Part shown: one piece after another, positions 9,300 to 19,569 of the stretch
How the letters are laid out: the number at the start of each line of letters is the position of its first letter
How positions within the stretch are numbered: position 1 is the stretch's first letter
DNA from: a virus
Length of the DNA stretch: 32,000 nt
Direction: 5' to 3' (one strand)
Virus record (IMG/VR): IMGVR_UViG_3300029789_000186
Span: 35,460-67,459 of that record
Notes under the pieces: generated by a model
The model's input: only the letters and a program-made list of their open reading frames with translations
Database searches by the model: none
What the model was told of the DNA's origin: nothing
Position numbers and translations under genes: made by a program

Positions 9300-10697
9300 A
9301 TGAGCACTTGCGTTTGTGTTCTTAGCAACAACGGTGAACGCCTGATGCCGACTATCCGTCTTGGCAAGGTACGCCATCTTCTGAAAGACGGAAAAGCAAA
9401 AATCATTAAGCATCATCCATTTACTATTCAGTTACTGTATGACAGCGAAACGAATATTCAACCCATTGAAATCTGTGAGGACGTCGGTTACAACTACATC
9501 GGCATCAGTGTGAAAAGCCAATCTCACGAGTATGTATCTGCTCAATATGATACATTGCAAGACGAGAAAAGCTGTCACGATGCTTGCCGTAGAATGCGCC
9601 GAACTCGCAGAAACAGGCTACGTTACCGCCAAAAGCGCTTTGACAACCGCAAACGTGACAAAGGCTGGCTTGCACCCTCTCTTAAACATAAGAAAGAACT
9701 CAACGTCAATGTCATTAAAATGTATTGCGAAGTTGTGCCTATTACGCATGCAACCGTTGAAGTTGGTTCTTTCGACACAATGCTTGTAAAAGCAATCGAG
9801 GAAGGTAAAGCTACACCAGAAGGCGCAGATTATCAAAAAGGCCCTCGCTACAATTTAGCAACCTTGCGGGAAGCAGTATTCTACCGTGATAACTACACCT
9901 GCCAAGTTTGTGGGCGCAAAATCGCGGATGGTGCCATTTTACATATGCATCACATGTTTTATTGGAAAGGTCGCCATGACAATAGTCTCAGCGAGCTTAT
10001 AACAGTATGCGAGAAGTGCCATACACCAGCTAACCATCAAAAAGGCGGCAAGCTCTATGGATTCGGTGAAGATATAAAGTTTGCCAACCTTTCTGGTGCA
10101 GCATTTATGAACACTGTACGCTGGCAAATCGTTAATGAACTTTACGCTGCTTTTGGAAAGCCGTTCGTCACATTCACTTATGGCGCGATGACCAAGGAAA
10201 AGCGAATTGCCCTTCATCTTGAAAAGAGTCATAACAACGATGCGTATGCAATGGGCGAGTTTCATCCAAACTGCCGCTGTACGTTTGAACATTATGAAAA
10301 GGTAAGGCGTAATAATCGCATCCTTGAAAAGTTTTATGATTCTCGCTACATTGACATTCGTACAGGAGAAATAGCTACTGGAAAAGAGCTCTTCAACGGT
10401 AGAATTAACCGTAACCACAAAAAGGATTCTGAAAATTTGCACAAATACCGTGGAAAAAGGATTCGTAAAGGCTATCGTGCGCTACGTCGCAAGAAAGTGG
10501 CCCTCAATCCCGGTGATTTGGTTTCTCTCAACGGGGAAATTCTTACTGTCCATGGCACTCATACCAAAAAGAATGGTTCTGTAAACGTAGAATTCAAAAC
10601 GCCATCAAAAAGCGGTAAAAAATCCACAAGCCTTAAAAAGCTGAAAATTATTAAAACGATAAGCCCCATGCGCTCTGCGTGGGATAAAGTATCTTAA
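9300..10697 (+). CDS. iscB: IscB-1, RNA-guided-nuclease-family protein (465 aa)
   Basis: RRXRR-type N-terminus (VLSNNGERLMPTIRLGKVRHLLKDGKA), RuvC-I CEDVGYNYIGISV, Arg-rich helix CRRMRRTRRNRLRYRQKRF, RuvC-II VEVGSFD, HNH CQVCG..LHMHHM..CEKCH, RuvC-III HNNDAYA, C-terminal RIRKGYRALRRKKVALNPGDLV. Confidence 0.9.
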   Translation: MSTCVCVLSNNGERLMPTIRLGKVRHLLKDGKAKIIKHHPFTIQLLYDSETNIQPIEICEDVGYNYIGISVKSQSHEYVSAQYDTLQDEKSCHDACRRMRRTRRNRLRYRQKRFDNRKRDKGWLAPSLKHKKELNVNVIKMYCEVVPITHATVEVGSFDTMLVKAIEEGKATPEGADYQKGPRYNLATLREAVFYRDNYTCQVCGRKIADGAILHMHHMFYWKGRHDNSLSELITVCEKCHTPANHQKGGKLYGFGEDIKFANLSGAAFMNTVRWQIVNELYAAFGKPFVTFTYGAMTKEKRIALHLEKSHNNDAYAMGEFHPNCRCTFEHYEKVRRNNRILEKFYDSRYIDIRTGEIATGKELFNGRINRNHKKDSENLHKYRGKRIRKGYRALRRKKVALNPGDLVSLNGEILTVHGTHTKKNGSVNVEFKTPSKSGKKSTSLKKLKIIKTISPMRSAWDKVS

Positions 10698-10775
10698 AAA
10701 CTCAAGAAAGGAGACATAGGGTATTTGCATTTACTGAGTGTACCTCAAATATACTCTTAGTCAGCGCATTCCTCG

Positions 10776-10804
10776 CCGCCTAAGTCGCAAGCGACTATAG
10801 ACGG
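10776..10804. other. Hairpin downstream of iscB-1, candidate element right end
   Basis: CCG.CTA.AGTCGC-aa-GCGACT..TAG.CGG nested stem. Confidence 0.4.
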
Positions 10805-10969
10805 TGTACCCTGCGCACAAAATTTATGGATTTTGGCAATGCGTTTGCGACCACAGACGTTTTTGTGAATCCGCGCAAGGGAATTCCTTTCGTGCAGTGT
10901 TCCACTGAGAATCAACTTTCTGATTTCAGGAGAGCTGATTCCCATGAATAATATCTGACTCGTATCTTT

Positions 10970-11002
10970 GCGGTCGTTCCTTTTGGAGCGGCCGCTTTTT
11001 TT
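10970..11002 (+). terminator. Intrinsic terminator
   Basis: GCGGTCGTTCC-tttt-GGAGCGGCCGC then TTTTTTT. Confidence 0.8.
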
Positions 11003-11015
11003 GTTTTCAGTTTCC

Positions 11016-11043
11016 TTGCGCAAATGTGCGACTCTCATAAAAT
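11016..11043 (+). promoter_or_regulatory. Promoter P4: TTGCGC-N16-TAAAAT
   Basis: Spacer aaatGTGCGActctca; short leader to SD GGGAGG. Confidence 0.75.
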
Positions 11044-11064
11044 GAAAATTAGGGAGGTGCTGTT

Positions 11065-11361
11065 TTGAAAATTCAGAGAATCATGCCTGCAACTACTCAT
11101 TCCATGAAAGACGCGTTACCGCTTGGGACTATCCTGACGGTGAAAAATGTTGCAGACCAGAAATATATTGTGGTCGGCTATGACACAAGTTCTTTTCCGC
11201 ACAACTACTATGCGGTTCCCTGGCCGCAAGGGTATATGGGTGAAGAAAATATGTACCTGGTAAGATTTGATGATATTGCGAAAGTTCTGTGTCGCGGCGG
11301 AATCAATGAGGAATCCAGAGTTTTCTTGCAGGCACTGGATGATGTGTTGAACGGGAGGTGA
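11065..11361 (+). CDS. Hypothetical protein (TTG start)
   Basis: SD GGGAGGTG; ORF 98 aa. Confidence 0.65.
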   Translation: MKIQRIMPATTHSMKDALPLGTILTVKNVADQKYIVVGYDTSSFPHNYYAVPWPQGYMGEENMYLVRFDDIAKVLCRGGINEESRVFLQALDDVLNGR

Positions 11362-11365
11362 CACG

Positions 11366-11581
11366 GTGACGGTAAAAGAGCTGAAGCATATGCTTGAGAA
11401 CGCGGACGACAATGCTATCGTCGTTGTGCGAAATAACTGGGCTCCGGCGGAATTCCTGAATACCTCTGCTCGGAAGATGGTGCTTGTGAAAACAAATGGC
11501 AAGCTCATGACGCCGAAATGGGCCGAGGCGAGCGGGTATATCTGCGAAGGCCCTGCTATGTCGGCAATTTTATTCGATTGA
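11366..11581 (+). CDS. Hypothetical protein (GTG start)
   Basis: SD GGGAGGTG overlapping upstream stop. Confidence 0.65.
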   Translation: MTVKELKHMLENADDNAIVVVRNNWAPAEFLNTSARKMVLVKTNGKLMTPKWAEASGYICEGPAMSAILFD

Positions 11582-11594
11582 GGTGAGAAAAATC

Positions 11595-11924
11595 ATGCCC
11601 GATAAAAAAGTGGCCACGCAGGCATCTGATGGACCCTGGGAACGCGAAACCATCATCACATTCAATGATGCGGAGAAGAAAGCATCCTACTACACCTGCA
11701 ACAAAGCTCGTATGGAACAGCTAAAAGAGCTTGCCAAAGAGTACCCTGATGCTGTTAAAATCACGCGGGATGAGGACTGGTGTATGGAGGCAGATATGCC
11801 CAAGAAATGGGTCAAAATCAAGCCGCCTCGCAAGTTGACTGAAGAGCAATATGCGGAACTGGTCAGACGCGGCAAAGAACTTGCAGAACGGCAGCGGCAG
11901 CTAAAAAACGAAACGAAGGAATAA
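11595..11924 (+). CDS. Hypothetical protein
   Basis: ATG at 11595 with GAGGTGAG upstream. Confidence 0.7.
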   Translation: MPDKKVATQASDGPWERETIITFNDAEKKASYYTCNKARMEQLKELAKEYPDAVKITRDEDWCMEADMPKKWVKIKPPRKLTEEQYAELVRRGKELAERQRQLKNETKE

Positions 11925-11958
11925 ACCGGCTTCATATGCCGGAAGAGGAGAATATAAA

Positions 11959-12576
11959 ATGTACAATTCTTACAGCGCATTGAATCTTTTGGGCGGTATG
12001 CTCTATACGGTGATTCTTCTGGTGGTAGCGTATTTTGTGCTCAAAATCGTCGCCAATTGGAAAATTTTTGAGAAGGCCGGGCAGCCTGGCTGGGCATCCA
12101 TCGTCCCGTTCTACAGCAACTACATCGAATTCAACATTTACTGGGGGAACGGCTGGTTGTTTCTGATTCCGGTCGTGCTGAGCCTTTTGTCTGGCATCCC
12201 GCTGCTCGGCAATCTGTTCCTGGTTGTTGCTCTCATCATCGGTGCTATTACCAACTACAAGAAAGCTGTTGCGTTCGGTGAAGGTATTGGTTTCACGATT
12301 GGTCTTTGCCTTCTGAATCCGGTGTTCAACATGATTCTTGCTTTCGGCCATTATGAGTATCACGGTATCCCGCAGGATGGCTATTCCTATTCTCAGCTCA
12401 AGACCAAATATGAGGAAAAGAAAGCCGAACAGCAGAACAACCCCAGCACTGTTCAGTACCAGGCCCCCGAAACTCCCAAAGAGCCGAGCCAGAATGTTCA
12501 GTATCAGACTCCGAATGCTCCTGCTGAAGTCAAGACCCCGCCGACTCAGCAGAATCAAAATCAGGACAATGGCTGA
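11959..12576 (+). CDS. Multi-pass membrane protein, DUF5684-like, Gln/Pro-rich C-terminus
   Basis: LLGGMLYTVILLVVAYFVLKIVANWKIFEKAGQPGWASIVPFYSNY... architecture. Confidence 0.7.
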   Translation: MYNSYSALNLLGGMLYTVILLVVAYFVLKIVANWKIFEKAGQPGWASIVPFYSNYIEFNIYWGNGWLFLIPVVLSLLSGIPLLGNLFLVVALIIGAITNYKKAVAFGEGIGFTIGLCLLNPVFNMILAFGHYEYHGIPQDGYSYSQLKTKYEEKKAEQQNNPSTVQYQAPETPKEPSQNVQYQTPNAPAEVKTPPTQQNQNQDNG

Positions 12577-12769
12577 TATTATTTGGGTCGTTGTGTTTCT
12601 CTGCGTTCTCATCGCGTCCTGCTTTGGAATGTACTATTTCCAGGGTGAGAACAAACAAAAATTTGTGTTTTGCTTTTTGCTGGTAGCATTATCTTTTGGA
12701 GTTCTTGCGTTTCGGCTCCTGGATATTGCCTACACAATGATAAACGCAGCTGTCAAAGCCGCACAATGA
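12569..12769 (+). CDS. Small membrane protein (66 aa)
   Basis: MADIIWVVVFLCVLIASCFG...; start overlaps preceding stop. Confidence 0.7.
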   Translation: MADIIWVVVFLCVLIASCFGMYYFQGENKQKFVFCFLLVALSFGVLAFRLLDIAYTMINAAVKAAQ

Positions 12770-12797
12770 CCTTTTTGCAATTCTCAAACTGTTTTTT

Positions 12798-12830
12798 GGC
12801 AGACCTTCCAACCGAGGGCCTGCCTTTTTT
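12798..12830 (+). terminator. Terminator-like hairpin directly upstream of CDS 12853
   Basis: GGCAGACCTTCcaaccGAGGGCCTGCC then TTTTTT. Confidence 0.65.
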
Positions 12831-12852
12831 ATTGTTGCCAGGAGGAAAATCT

Positions 12853-13734
12853 ATGAAAATCCGATTCTATACAAACAACAAAGAAGCTATTGTATTCGAC
12901 CTTGAGGATGTTTTGAAGCAGCTCAACATTGAAGAGCAGGTAGCCACTGTCGGCCTTGTCATTGAAAAAGACGAGGCCGAGGTTGAGGCAATCGCTCAGA
13001 CAATACAAGACGATTATCCGAACATGTACCTTCAGGCAAAAGAATACGGGCGAAATCTGACCTTGGCTTGTGCGGAGCTTCCGAACCCTACTAACCCGGA
13101 TATTGTAACCTACCTCTATGCGGGCGATGATGCTACGGAAACTGACAGTTGGATTGCGAAAGTGAACAACACAATTCGTGCGCAAGGGGATAACAGTGAA
13201 CGGCTCATCCATATTGACTCGAATCTCGCTGCCGTGGTAGAAGCAAACGAAACGGAACAAGGATACTATGCTTCCACCGTGTCGCAGCATGACAAGGCTA
13301 CAAACGAAATGCTGAGTTTCCGGCAGATTGCAGAGTCGTTGGAAGCTGTTGGGGATAACTACAAGTACCAGAGCGCAAGCAACATTCTGACTGCAAGAAC
13401 CAAAGCAGAGCGGAACTATATTGTCCGGCTTATCAAGATGTATTGCGACGATACCAAATACCTTTCCGGTGCTATGCCGCAAAGTGAGTACCCGTTCTGT
13501 GTCCAGAACGTTGACGCTCTGAACCAGCGTGATGCGCAGTGGTCCGAAATCAAAGAGTATCTTGCACAGGACGAGAATCGCAACAAGCTGGATGTGATTC
13601 TTGGCTTCGTGCCGGATGCGGAGAGCGACAAGACTCTAATTCTGCACAGCATTGAAGAAAAAGGGAAGGCCATGTCTGATTCTGAAATCGAAAAAGCATA
13701 TAATTTGCTGTTTGGTGACTGTAGCAATGGATGA
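12853..13734 (+). CDS. Hypothetical protein (293 aa)
   Basis: SD AGGAGG then ATG at 12853 (MKIRFYTNNKEAIVFD). Confidence 0.75.
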   Translation: MKIRFYTNNKEAIVFDLEDVLKQLNIEEQVATVGLVIEKDEAEVEAIAQTIQDDYPNMYLQAKEYGRNLTLACAELPNPTNPDIVTYLYAGDDATETDSWIAKVNNTIRAQGDNSERLIHIDSNLAAVVEANETEQGYYASTVSQHDKATNEMLSFRQIAESLEAVGDNYKYQSASNILTARTKAERNYIVRLIKMYCDDTKYLSGAMPQSEYPFCVQNVDALNQRDAQWSEIKEYLAQDENRNKLDVILGFVPDAESDKTLILHSIEEKGKAMSDSEIEKAYNLLFGDCSNG

Positions 13735-13740
13735 ATAATC

Positions 13741-13768
13741 TTGCGCTTTCGTGCGAGACCCGTATGAT
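13741..13768 (+). promoter_or_regulatory. Promoter P5: TTGCGC-N16-TATGAT
   Basis: Spacer tttcGTGCGAgacccg. Confidence 0.75.
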
Positions 13769-13773
13769 TTAGC

Positions 13774-13819
13774 TTGTACGATAGATACCATCTACTAAGC
13801 ACACTGTGTGCTCGTACAA
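13774..13819 (+). promoter_or_regulatory. Leader stem TTGTACGA/TCGTACAA with inner AGCACA/TGTGCT
   Basis: Inverted repeats 13774-13781/13812-13819 and 13798-13803/13807-13812. Confidence 0.7.
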
Positions 13820-13836
13820 TTCACACTTCGCTTTAA

Positions 13837-13870
13837 GGCGGACTTCCCACACCGGGAGGTTCGCCTTTTT
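13837..13870 (+). terminator. Intrinsic terminator/attenuator
   Basis: GGCGGACTTCCCacaccGGGAGGTTCGCC then TTTTT. Confidence 0.75.
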
Positions 13871-13894
13871 GCGTACAAAAAAAGGAGTGTTATA

Positions 13895-14299
13895 ATGGAT
13901 AACGTATGGACAAATCTTGGCAACCGACTCGAAACTGCTTGGAAAAGACCAACAAGGCCCAACTCTAAACGCCCGAAAGACGGTGAAATCATCGACGAAG
14001 AGAAATCGGTGCGCTGGAACAGGGAAGAGGTCGTTCGCCGACAGAAAGCCTGGGATGCGGAATGCTCTCGGCTGAAGAAGGCGCAGAATGCAGAAATCGA
14101 ACACATCTCGGAAGCTATCGAACTTCAAATTCAGGAAGACATCAAAGCCAAAACGAAACGCAGCATTTCCAAAAAGGCTGCAACCATCCTCTGGCAAAAA
14201 GCCTACGACCGTGGCCACGCCTATGGTTTCGCTGACATCTACTGTGCCATCGAGGACTACGAGGAGCTGGTTGTTGCCGTACTCACAAACGCCCGCTGA
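13895..14299 (+). CDS. Hypothetical charged protein
   Basis: AAAGGAG SD, ATG 13895 (MDNVWTNLGNRLETAWK). Confidence 0.75.
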   Translation: MDNVWTNLGNRLETAWKRPTRPNSKRPKDGEIIDEEKSVRWNREEVVRRQKAWDAECSRLKKAQNAEIEHISEAIELQIQEDIKAKTKRSISKKAATILWQKAYDRGHAYGFADIYCAIEDYEELVVAVLTNAR

Positions 14300-14330
14300 A
14301 CTCAACCACAAATCACAGAAAGGAAAAAAT

Positions 14331-15140
14331 ATGAAATTAAACGAATATCTCACAGAAAACGGCGTCAAGCTGATGATTAAAGGCTCCGGAGAAAATTATC
14401 CTCCACGCCAGACAAACGACCTCGGTATGTACGATTACGCCGAAGGTCTTGAAAACGTCATCGGCAAAATGGCTTGGATTTGCGATTATCGCGCAAATGC
14501 AGACCCGACCAAAAAGCCGATTCGTAACATCAAGCCTACCCCGGTTGTTGTAACGGACGCAAAAGAAACGAGCAAAACCATCTATTATTCTCCGGTCTAT
14601 TTTCGGCCGGTAAATCGGGGTAAGATTTCTTCAACCGTCATTGCCCCATTGGACAACACCGGGTATCGCTGCTGCTCCGGCACTTCCGTCAACATCTTCT
14701 ACACGAAAGAAAAGTGCGTGAAGTGCTATCGGGAGCAGGTTCGACAGGCAAACGAGATTTATGAGAAAGAGAAGGCTCGCATCATCAAAGAGTTCGACGC
14801 TCGCATGCAGATTCTCAATGATTCTCTCACGCCGTTCAACGATGTCCCGCAGAGCGACTACACCGTTGTTGCAAAAATGGATGTTACGAACGATTCTCTC
14901 GGATACAATGAGAAAAATCGGCATTTTTATCTCGAGACGACCCGAACCATGATTCCGACTCGCTATATCATCGAAATGCTCAAGATGCAGGCACTGATTG
15001 GCCTGGTGGATGAACTCCGTGCAAACACCACCTGGCAAAAGGGCGTCCCTTTCCGTATCCTTATCAGAACAACAGTTTTCGTGGATGGTATTGAAGATGT
15101 CAGCCAGGCCACAACGGAATCTCAAACCATTACCCTTTGA
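14331..15140 (+). CDS. Hypothetical protein (269 aa)
   Basis: AAAGG SD, ATG 14331 (MKLNEYLTENGVKLM). Confidence 0.75.
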   Translation: MKLNEYLTENGVKLMIKGSGENYPPRQTNDLGMYDYAEGLENVIGKMAWICDYRANADPTKKPIRNIKPTPVVVTDAKETSKTIYYSPVYFRPVNRGKISSTVIAPLDNTGYRCCSGTSVNIFYTKEKCVKCYREQVRQANEIYEKEKARIIKEFDARMQILNDSLTPFNDVPQSDYTVVAKMDVTNDSLGYNEKNRHFYLETTRTMIPTRYIIEMLKMQALIGLVDELRANTTWQKGVPFRILIRTTVFVDGIEDVSQATTESQTITL

Positions 15141-15160
15141 TGAACTATTAAGAGCGCACG

Positions 15161-15191
15161 CCCCGTCTATAGCCGTAAGGCTTAGGTGGGG
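15161..15191. other. Long hairpin resembling an IS200/IS605 (tnpB-type) right end
   Basis: CCCCGTCTAtAGCC-gtaa-GGCTTAGGTGGGG: 13 bp incl. two wobbles, one bulge, then GAGGTTCAC. Confidence 0.5.
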
Positions 15192-15230
15192 AGGTTCACA
15201 AAAAAACAAAACAATACATATGTGAGGTAA

Positions 15231-17297
<2,067 letters not shown>

Positions 17298-17309
17298 GGA
17301 GGTCTCGGA

Positions 17310-17555
17310 ATGTACGGCTTTGACCGCATCATCAAGGCTGCGGAGTTCTGTGACTTTCACGACGCATTTGCCTCTGACATCAAACGCTGTGAAAATGCTC
17401 TTGGCATGGGTGGCCTCATGGCAATCAATGCTGAATGTTGGCTTGATGTCTTGAGCGCCATGCCGGATGCTGAAATCGCAGAGTATGTCCACACTAAGTA
17501 TAAGCCCGGTCTCTTGAATCCGTTTAAGGGAACGTCCTTGTACATCAAATCTTAA
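17310..17555 (+). CDS. Small protein with AECW...PGLLNPF motif, paralogue of 1780..2022
   Basis: Shared FHDAF..DI..C..AL.M.G.M...AECW..VL.A....I..YV...Y.PGLLNPF; SD GAGG. Confidence 0.75.
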   Translation: MYGFDRIIKAAEFCDFHDAFASDIKRCENALGMGGLMAINAECWLDVLSAMPDAEIAEYVHTKYKPGLLNPFKGTSLYIKS

Positions 17556-17561
17556 CCTCTT

Positions 17562-17600
17562 GCCGCTTGCCCTTCACAGGGTGAGCGGCTTTTTCTTTTT
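17562..17600 (+). terminator. Intrinsic terminator
   Basis: GCCGCTtgCCCttcacaGGGtgAGCGGC then TTTTTC. Confidence 0.7.
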
Positions 17601-17626
17601 GACTTTATTTGCGATTCCCCGATAAT
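17599..17626 (+). promoter_or_regulatory. Promoter P6: TTGACT-N16-GATAAT
   Basis: Spacer ttatTTGCGAttcccc, TGCGA at the family position. Confidence 0.6.
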
Positions 17627-17660
17627 AAAAGTACGAACATACGAAAGGAGCATGTCGTCG

Positions 17661-18749
17661 ATGCTCAAAAAGCTCAAATTCTTAATTTTTTGTGCATTTG
17701 TTGTTTGCGCCGCAATGCCAGCTACAGTATATGCCGAAAGCTTCACAACTCAGAATGCTGCTGTCGAAACTATAACTCAACACACCCTAACCTTTAACCC
17801 AAACTGCACAGACGACTCCTATTTCATCTCTGAATCGTCCATCGATATTCCCGAATCGCATAAATATGGTACGCTTCCTGTTCCGAGTCGAAAAGGCTAT
17901 GAGTTTCTTGGGTGGTATACCGCATCGGATGGCGGAAATAAAGTATCTGAATCCACGGTCATGGGCAGCAGCGATACCATTGTATATGCTCATTGGACTG
18001 CCTATACCATCACTATTAACTATCACAACGACGGTGCTCAGACATGGCATTCCTATTGCACACATGCAGTCAACAGCTGTACGAACCTTGACATCGTTGA
18101 ATCGGAATCTACCGCCTATGACACAGCGTATACCCATGCAGAGTACGGTATTCTGGATGTCGGCCGCTTCACAAAAGCAGGATACAAAGCCAGCAATCGC
18201 TGGAAAGTTGGGTCCAAAGACAGTTCCGTGATGGTGGTGGACACAAACTGGAGCGAGGAGCTCGCAGCAAGCGCAACTGGAAAAACCGTGGCAAAATATC
18301 TCGGCGTGGATGCTCAGCTTGAGCAGAGCAATGTGACCGTTGACCTCTACCCGTATTTTATCGAGGACTCGTATAATTCCGTTGTAAACGGTGTGACACC
18401 CGCCTCCACAACGGTTGAAGCATATGTACCCACGCTGTATTCGCTCATTGTGCCTGAGAGCGTAACTTTAGGCGGGAATGCTGGCAGCGGTGAAAAGACA
18501 GCGACTTTGCCCGTGATGGTGAAAGGCGACATCGGCCTATCGCAGGAAGTCAATGTCAGCACAACGCCTCCCACCATGAAAAGCAACAAGGCGGCGGATG
18601 TGCTTGCGAGCGTGGAAACTCCCAAAGCAGTGTGGAACCGTGACGACGCCTTAGCCAGTATCACCTCGAACTATACGGTGAAAGCAAATCTGACTCCAGG
18701 TGATTGGAGTGGTACAGTATCTTTTGTTTGCTCTGTATCGGAGAACTAA
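17661..18749 (+). CDS. Secreted protein with InlB-type (Listeria-Bacteroides) repeat
   Basis: Signal peptide MLKKLKFLIFCAFVVCAAMPATVYA; HKYGTLPVPSRKGYEFLGWYTASDGGNKVSESTVM...IVYAHW. Confidence 0.85.
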   Translation: MLKKLKFLIFCAFVVCAAMPATVYAESFTTQNAAVETITQHTLTFNPNCTDDSYFISESSIDIPESHKYGTLPVPSRKGYEFLGWYTASDGGNKVSESTVMGSSDTIVYAHWTAYTITINYHNDGAQTWHSYCTHAVNSCTNLDIVESESTAYDTAYTHAEYGILDVGRFTKAGYKASNRWKVGSKDSSVMVVDTNWSEELAASATGKTVAKYLGVDAQLEQSNVTVDLYPYFIEDSYNSVVNGVTPASTTVEAYVPTLYSLIVPESVTLGGNAGSGEKTATLPVMVKGDIGLSQEVNVSTTPPTMKSNKAADVLASVETPKAVWNRDDALASITSNYTVKANLTPGDWSGTVSFVCSVSEN

Positions 18750-18842
18750 ACACAATGTTGCACGACTTTGCACGATGTTGTAACATTCTAAAAAGCCACT
18801 AACACGCGTGCAAACTTTTTTCAAAAAAGTTTATACAGCTTC

Positions 18843-18870
18843 TTGACGGCGTGTGCGACACCCATAAAAT
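18843..18870 (+). promoter_or_regulatory. Promoter P7: TTGACG-N16-TAAAAT
   Basis: Spacer gcgtGTGCGAcaccca. Confidence 0.75.
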
Positions 18871-18876
18871 AGATAA

Positions 18877-18961
18877 TGTAACAGAGATATCATTGATTTG
18901 CCATAGTTCATATACCTCCTGGAAGAAGGACAGATGCCCATATTGGGTTTCTGTCCTTTTT
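18877..18961 (+). ncRNA. Candidate small RNA of about 85 nt between P7 and a strong terminator
   Basis: Family leader motif AGATATCATT 14 nt after the -10, ACCTCCT segment, terminator AAGGACAGA..TCTGTCCTTTTT; no ORF directly after it. Confidence 0.5.
18926..18961 (+). terminator. Intrinsic terminator
   Basis: AAGGACAGAtgCCCatatTGGGttTCTGTCCTTTTT. Confidence 0.8.
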
Positions 18962-19194
18962 CTTTTTGAGGATTCCCGCAGACTTTCTGCGTTTTATATA
19001 GATTTATCCCACGGAATGTGGACTTCTGACAGCCGAAGGAAAGGCTGATTACATAGAATTGTCATGCTAATCAGCATGGCACGTATACACTGCGTCAATG
19101 TGTTTATATAAATGTTCCTGCACGCGAACGCCGCGTTAAGAGCGTATTTATATATACCGTATAACAATTACAAACCTTTAAGGAGGACATTACC

Positions 19195-19563
19195 ATGATT
19201 CGAAACATAATTTAGCGAGTAGACACCATTATCAGCAGCCACGAAACCAAAGCTAAGCAATTTGCAGTTAGCTATGGTTCATTCGTTCACGGTCTAATTA
19301 AGACCTAGCTGAGCAAAGATGGTGTGATACTCGCGCTCCTGCTGGAGCAAGTGAAACTGACCGATGCCGCGAAAGCTCTGCTGCTTTTGGCAGTAGTATC
19401 AATCGCTGGCGCATTTCTTGTCAAGAAAGTCTTCAAAAATTACAGCCACATCAAAGGATTGGCCGAAGACTTTCTGAAATCAGCTGACGTTTTCGGAGCT
19501 GTTAAAGAAGCGATTTCTGATATCGCCAGCGGCTCCTGCAAAACAAACAACAAAAAAGAATAA
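19195..19563 (+). CDS. Candidate 122-codon membrane protein gene with two in-frame TAG codons (19213, 19306)
   Basis: AAGGAGG SD then MIRNII*RVDTIISSHETKAKQFAVSYGSFVHGLIKT*LSKDGVILALLLEQVKLTDAAKALLLLAVVSIAGAFLVKKVFKNYSHIKG...; same frame as track ORF 19324..19563, which has no clear SD of its own. Confidence 0.5.
19223..19325 (+). other. Nested RNA structure between the two TAG codons
   Basis: Closing stem ACACCAT(19223-19229)/ATGGTGT(19319-19325) enclosing ACCA.AGCTAA/TTAGCT.TGGT and GGTCT-aatta-AGACC. Confidence 0.45.
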
Positions 19564-19569
19564 TAGCAT

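Noticed and set aside
12670-13734. Longer start (12670) for the CDS ending 13734
   Set aside because: The extension reads through the terminator hairpin at 12798-12830; ATG 12853 has an AGGAGG SD.
13808-14299. Longer start (13808) for CDS 13895
   Set aside because: Extension covers leader stem and terminator; ATG 13895 with AAAGGAG is the credible start.
19223-19325. tRNA or tmRNA-like gene
   Set aside because: A 7-bp closing stem is present but there is no T-arm GTTCRA consensus, no anticodon arm of proper geometry, and the length does not fit; retained only as an RNA structure candidate.
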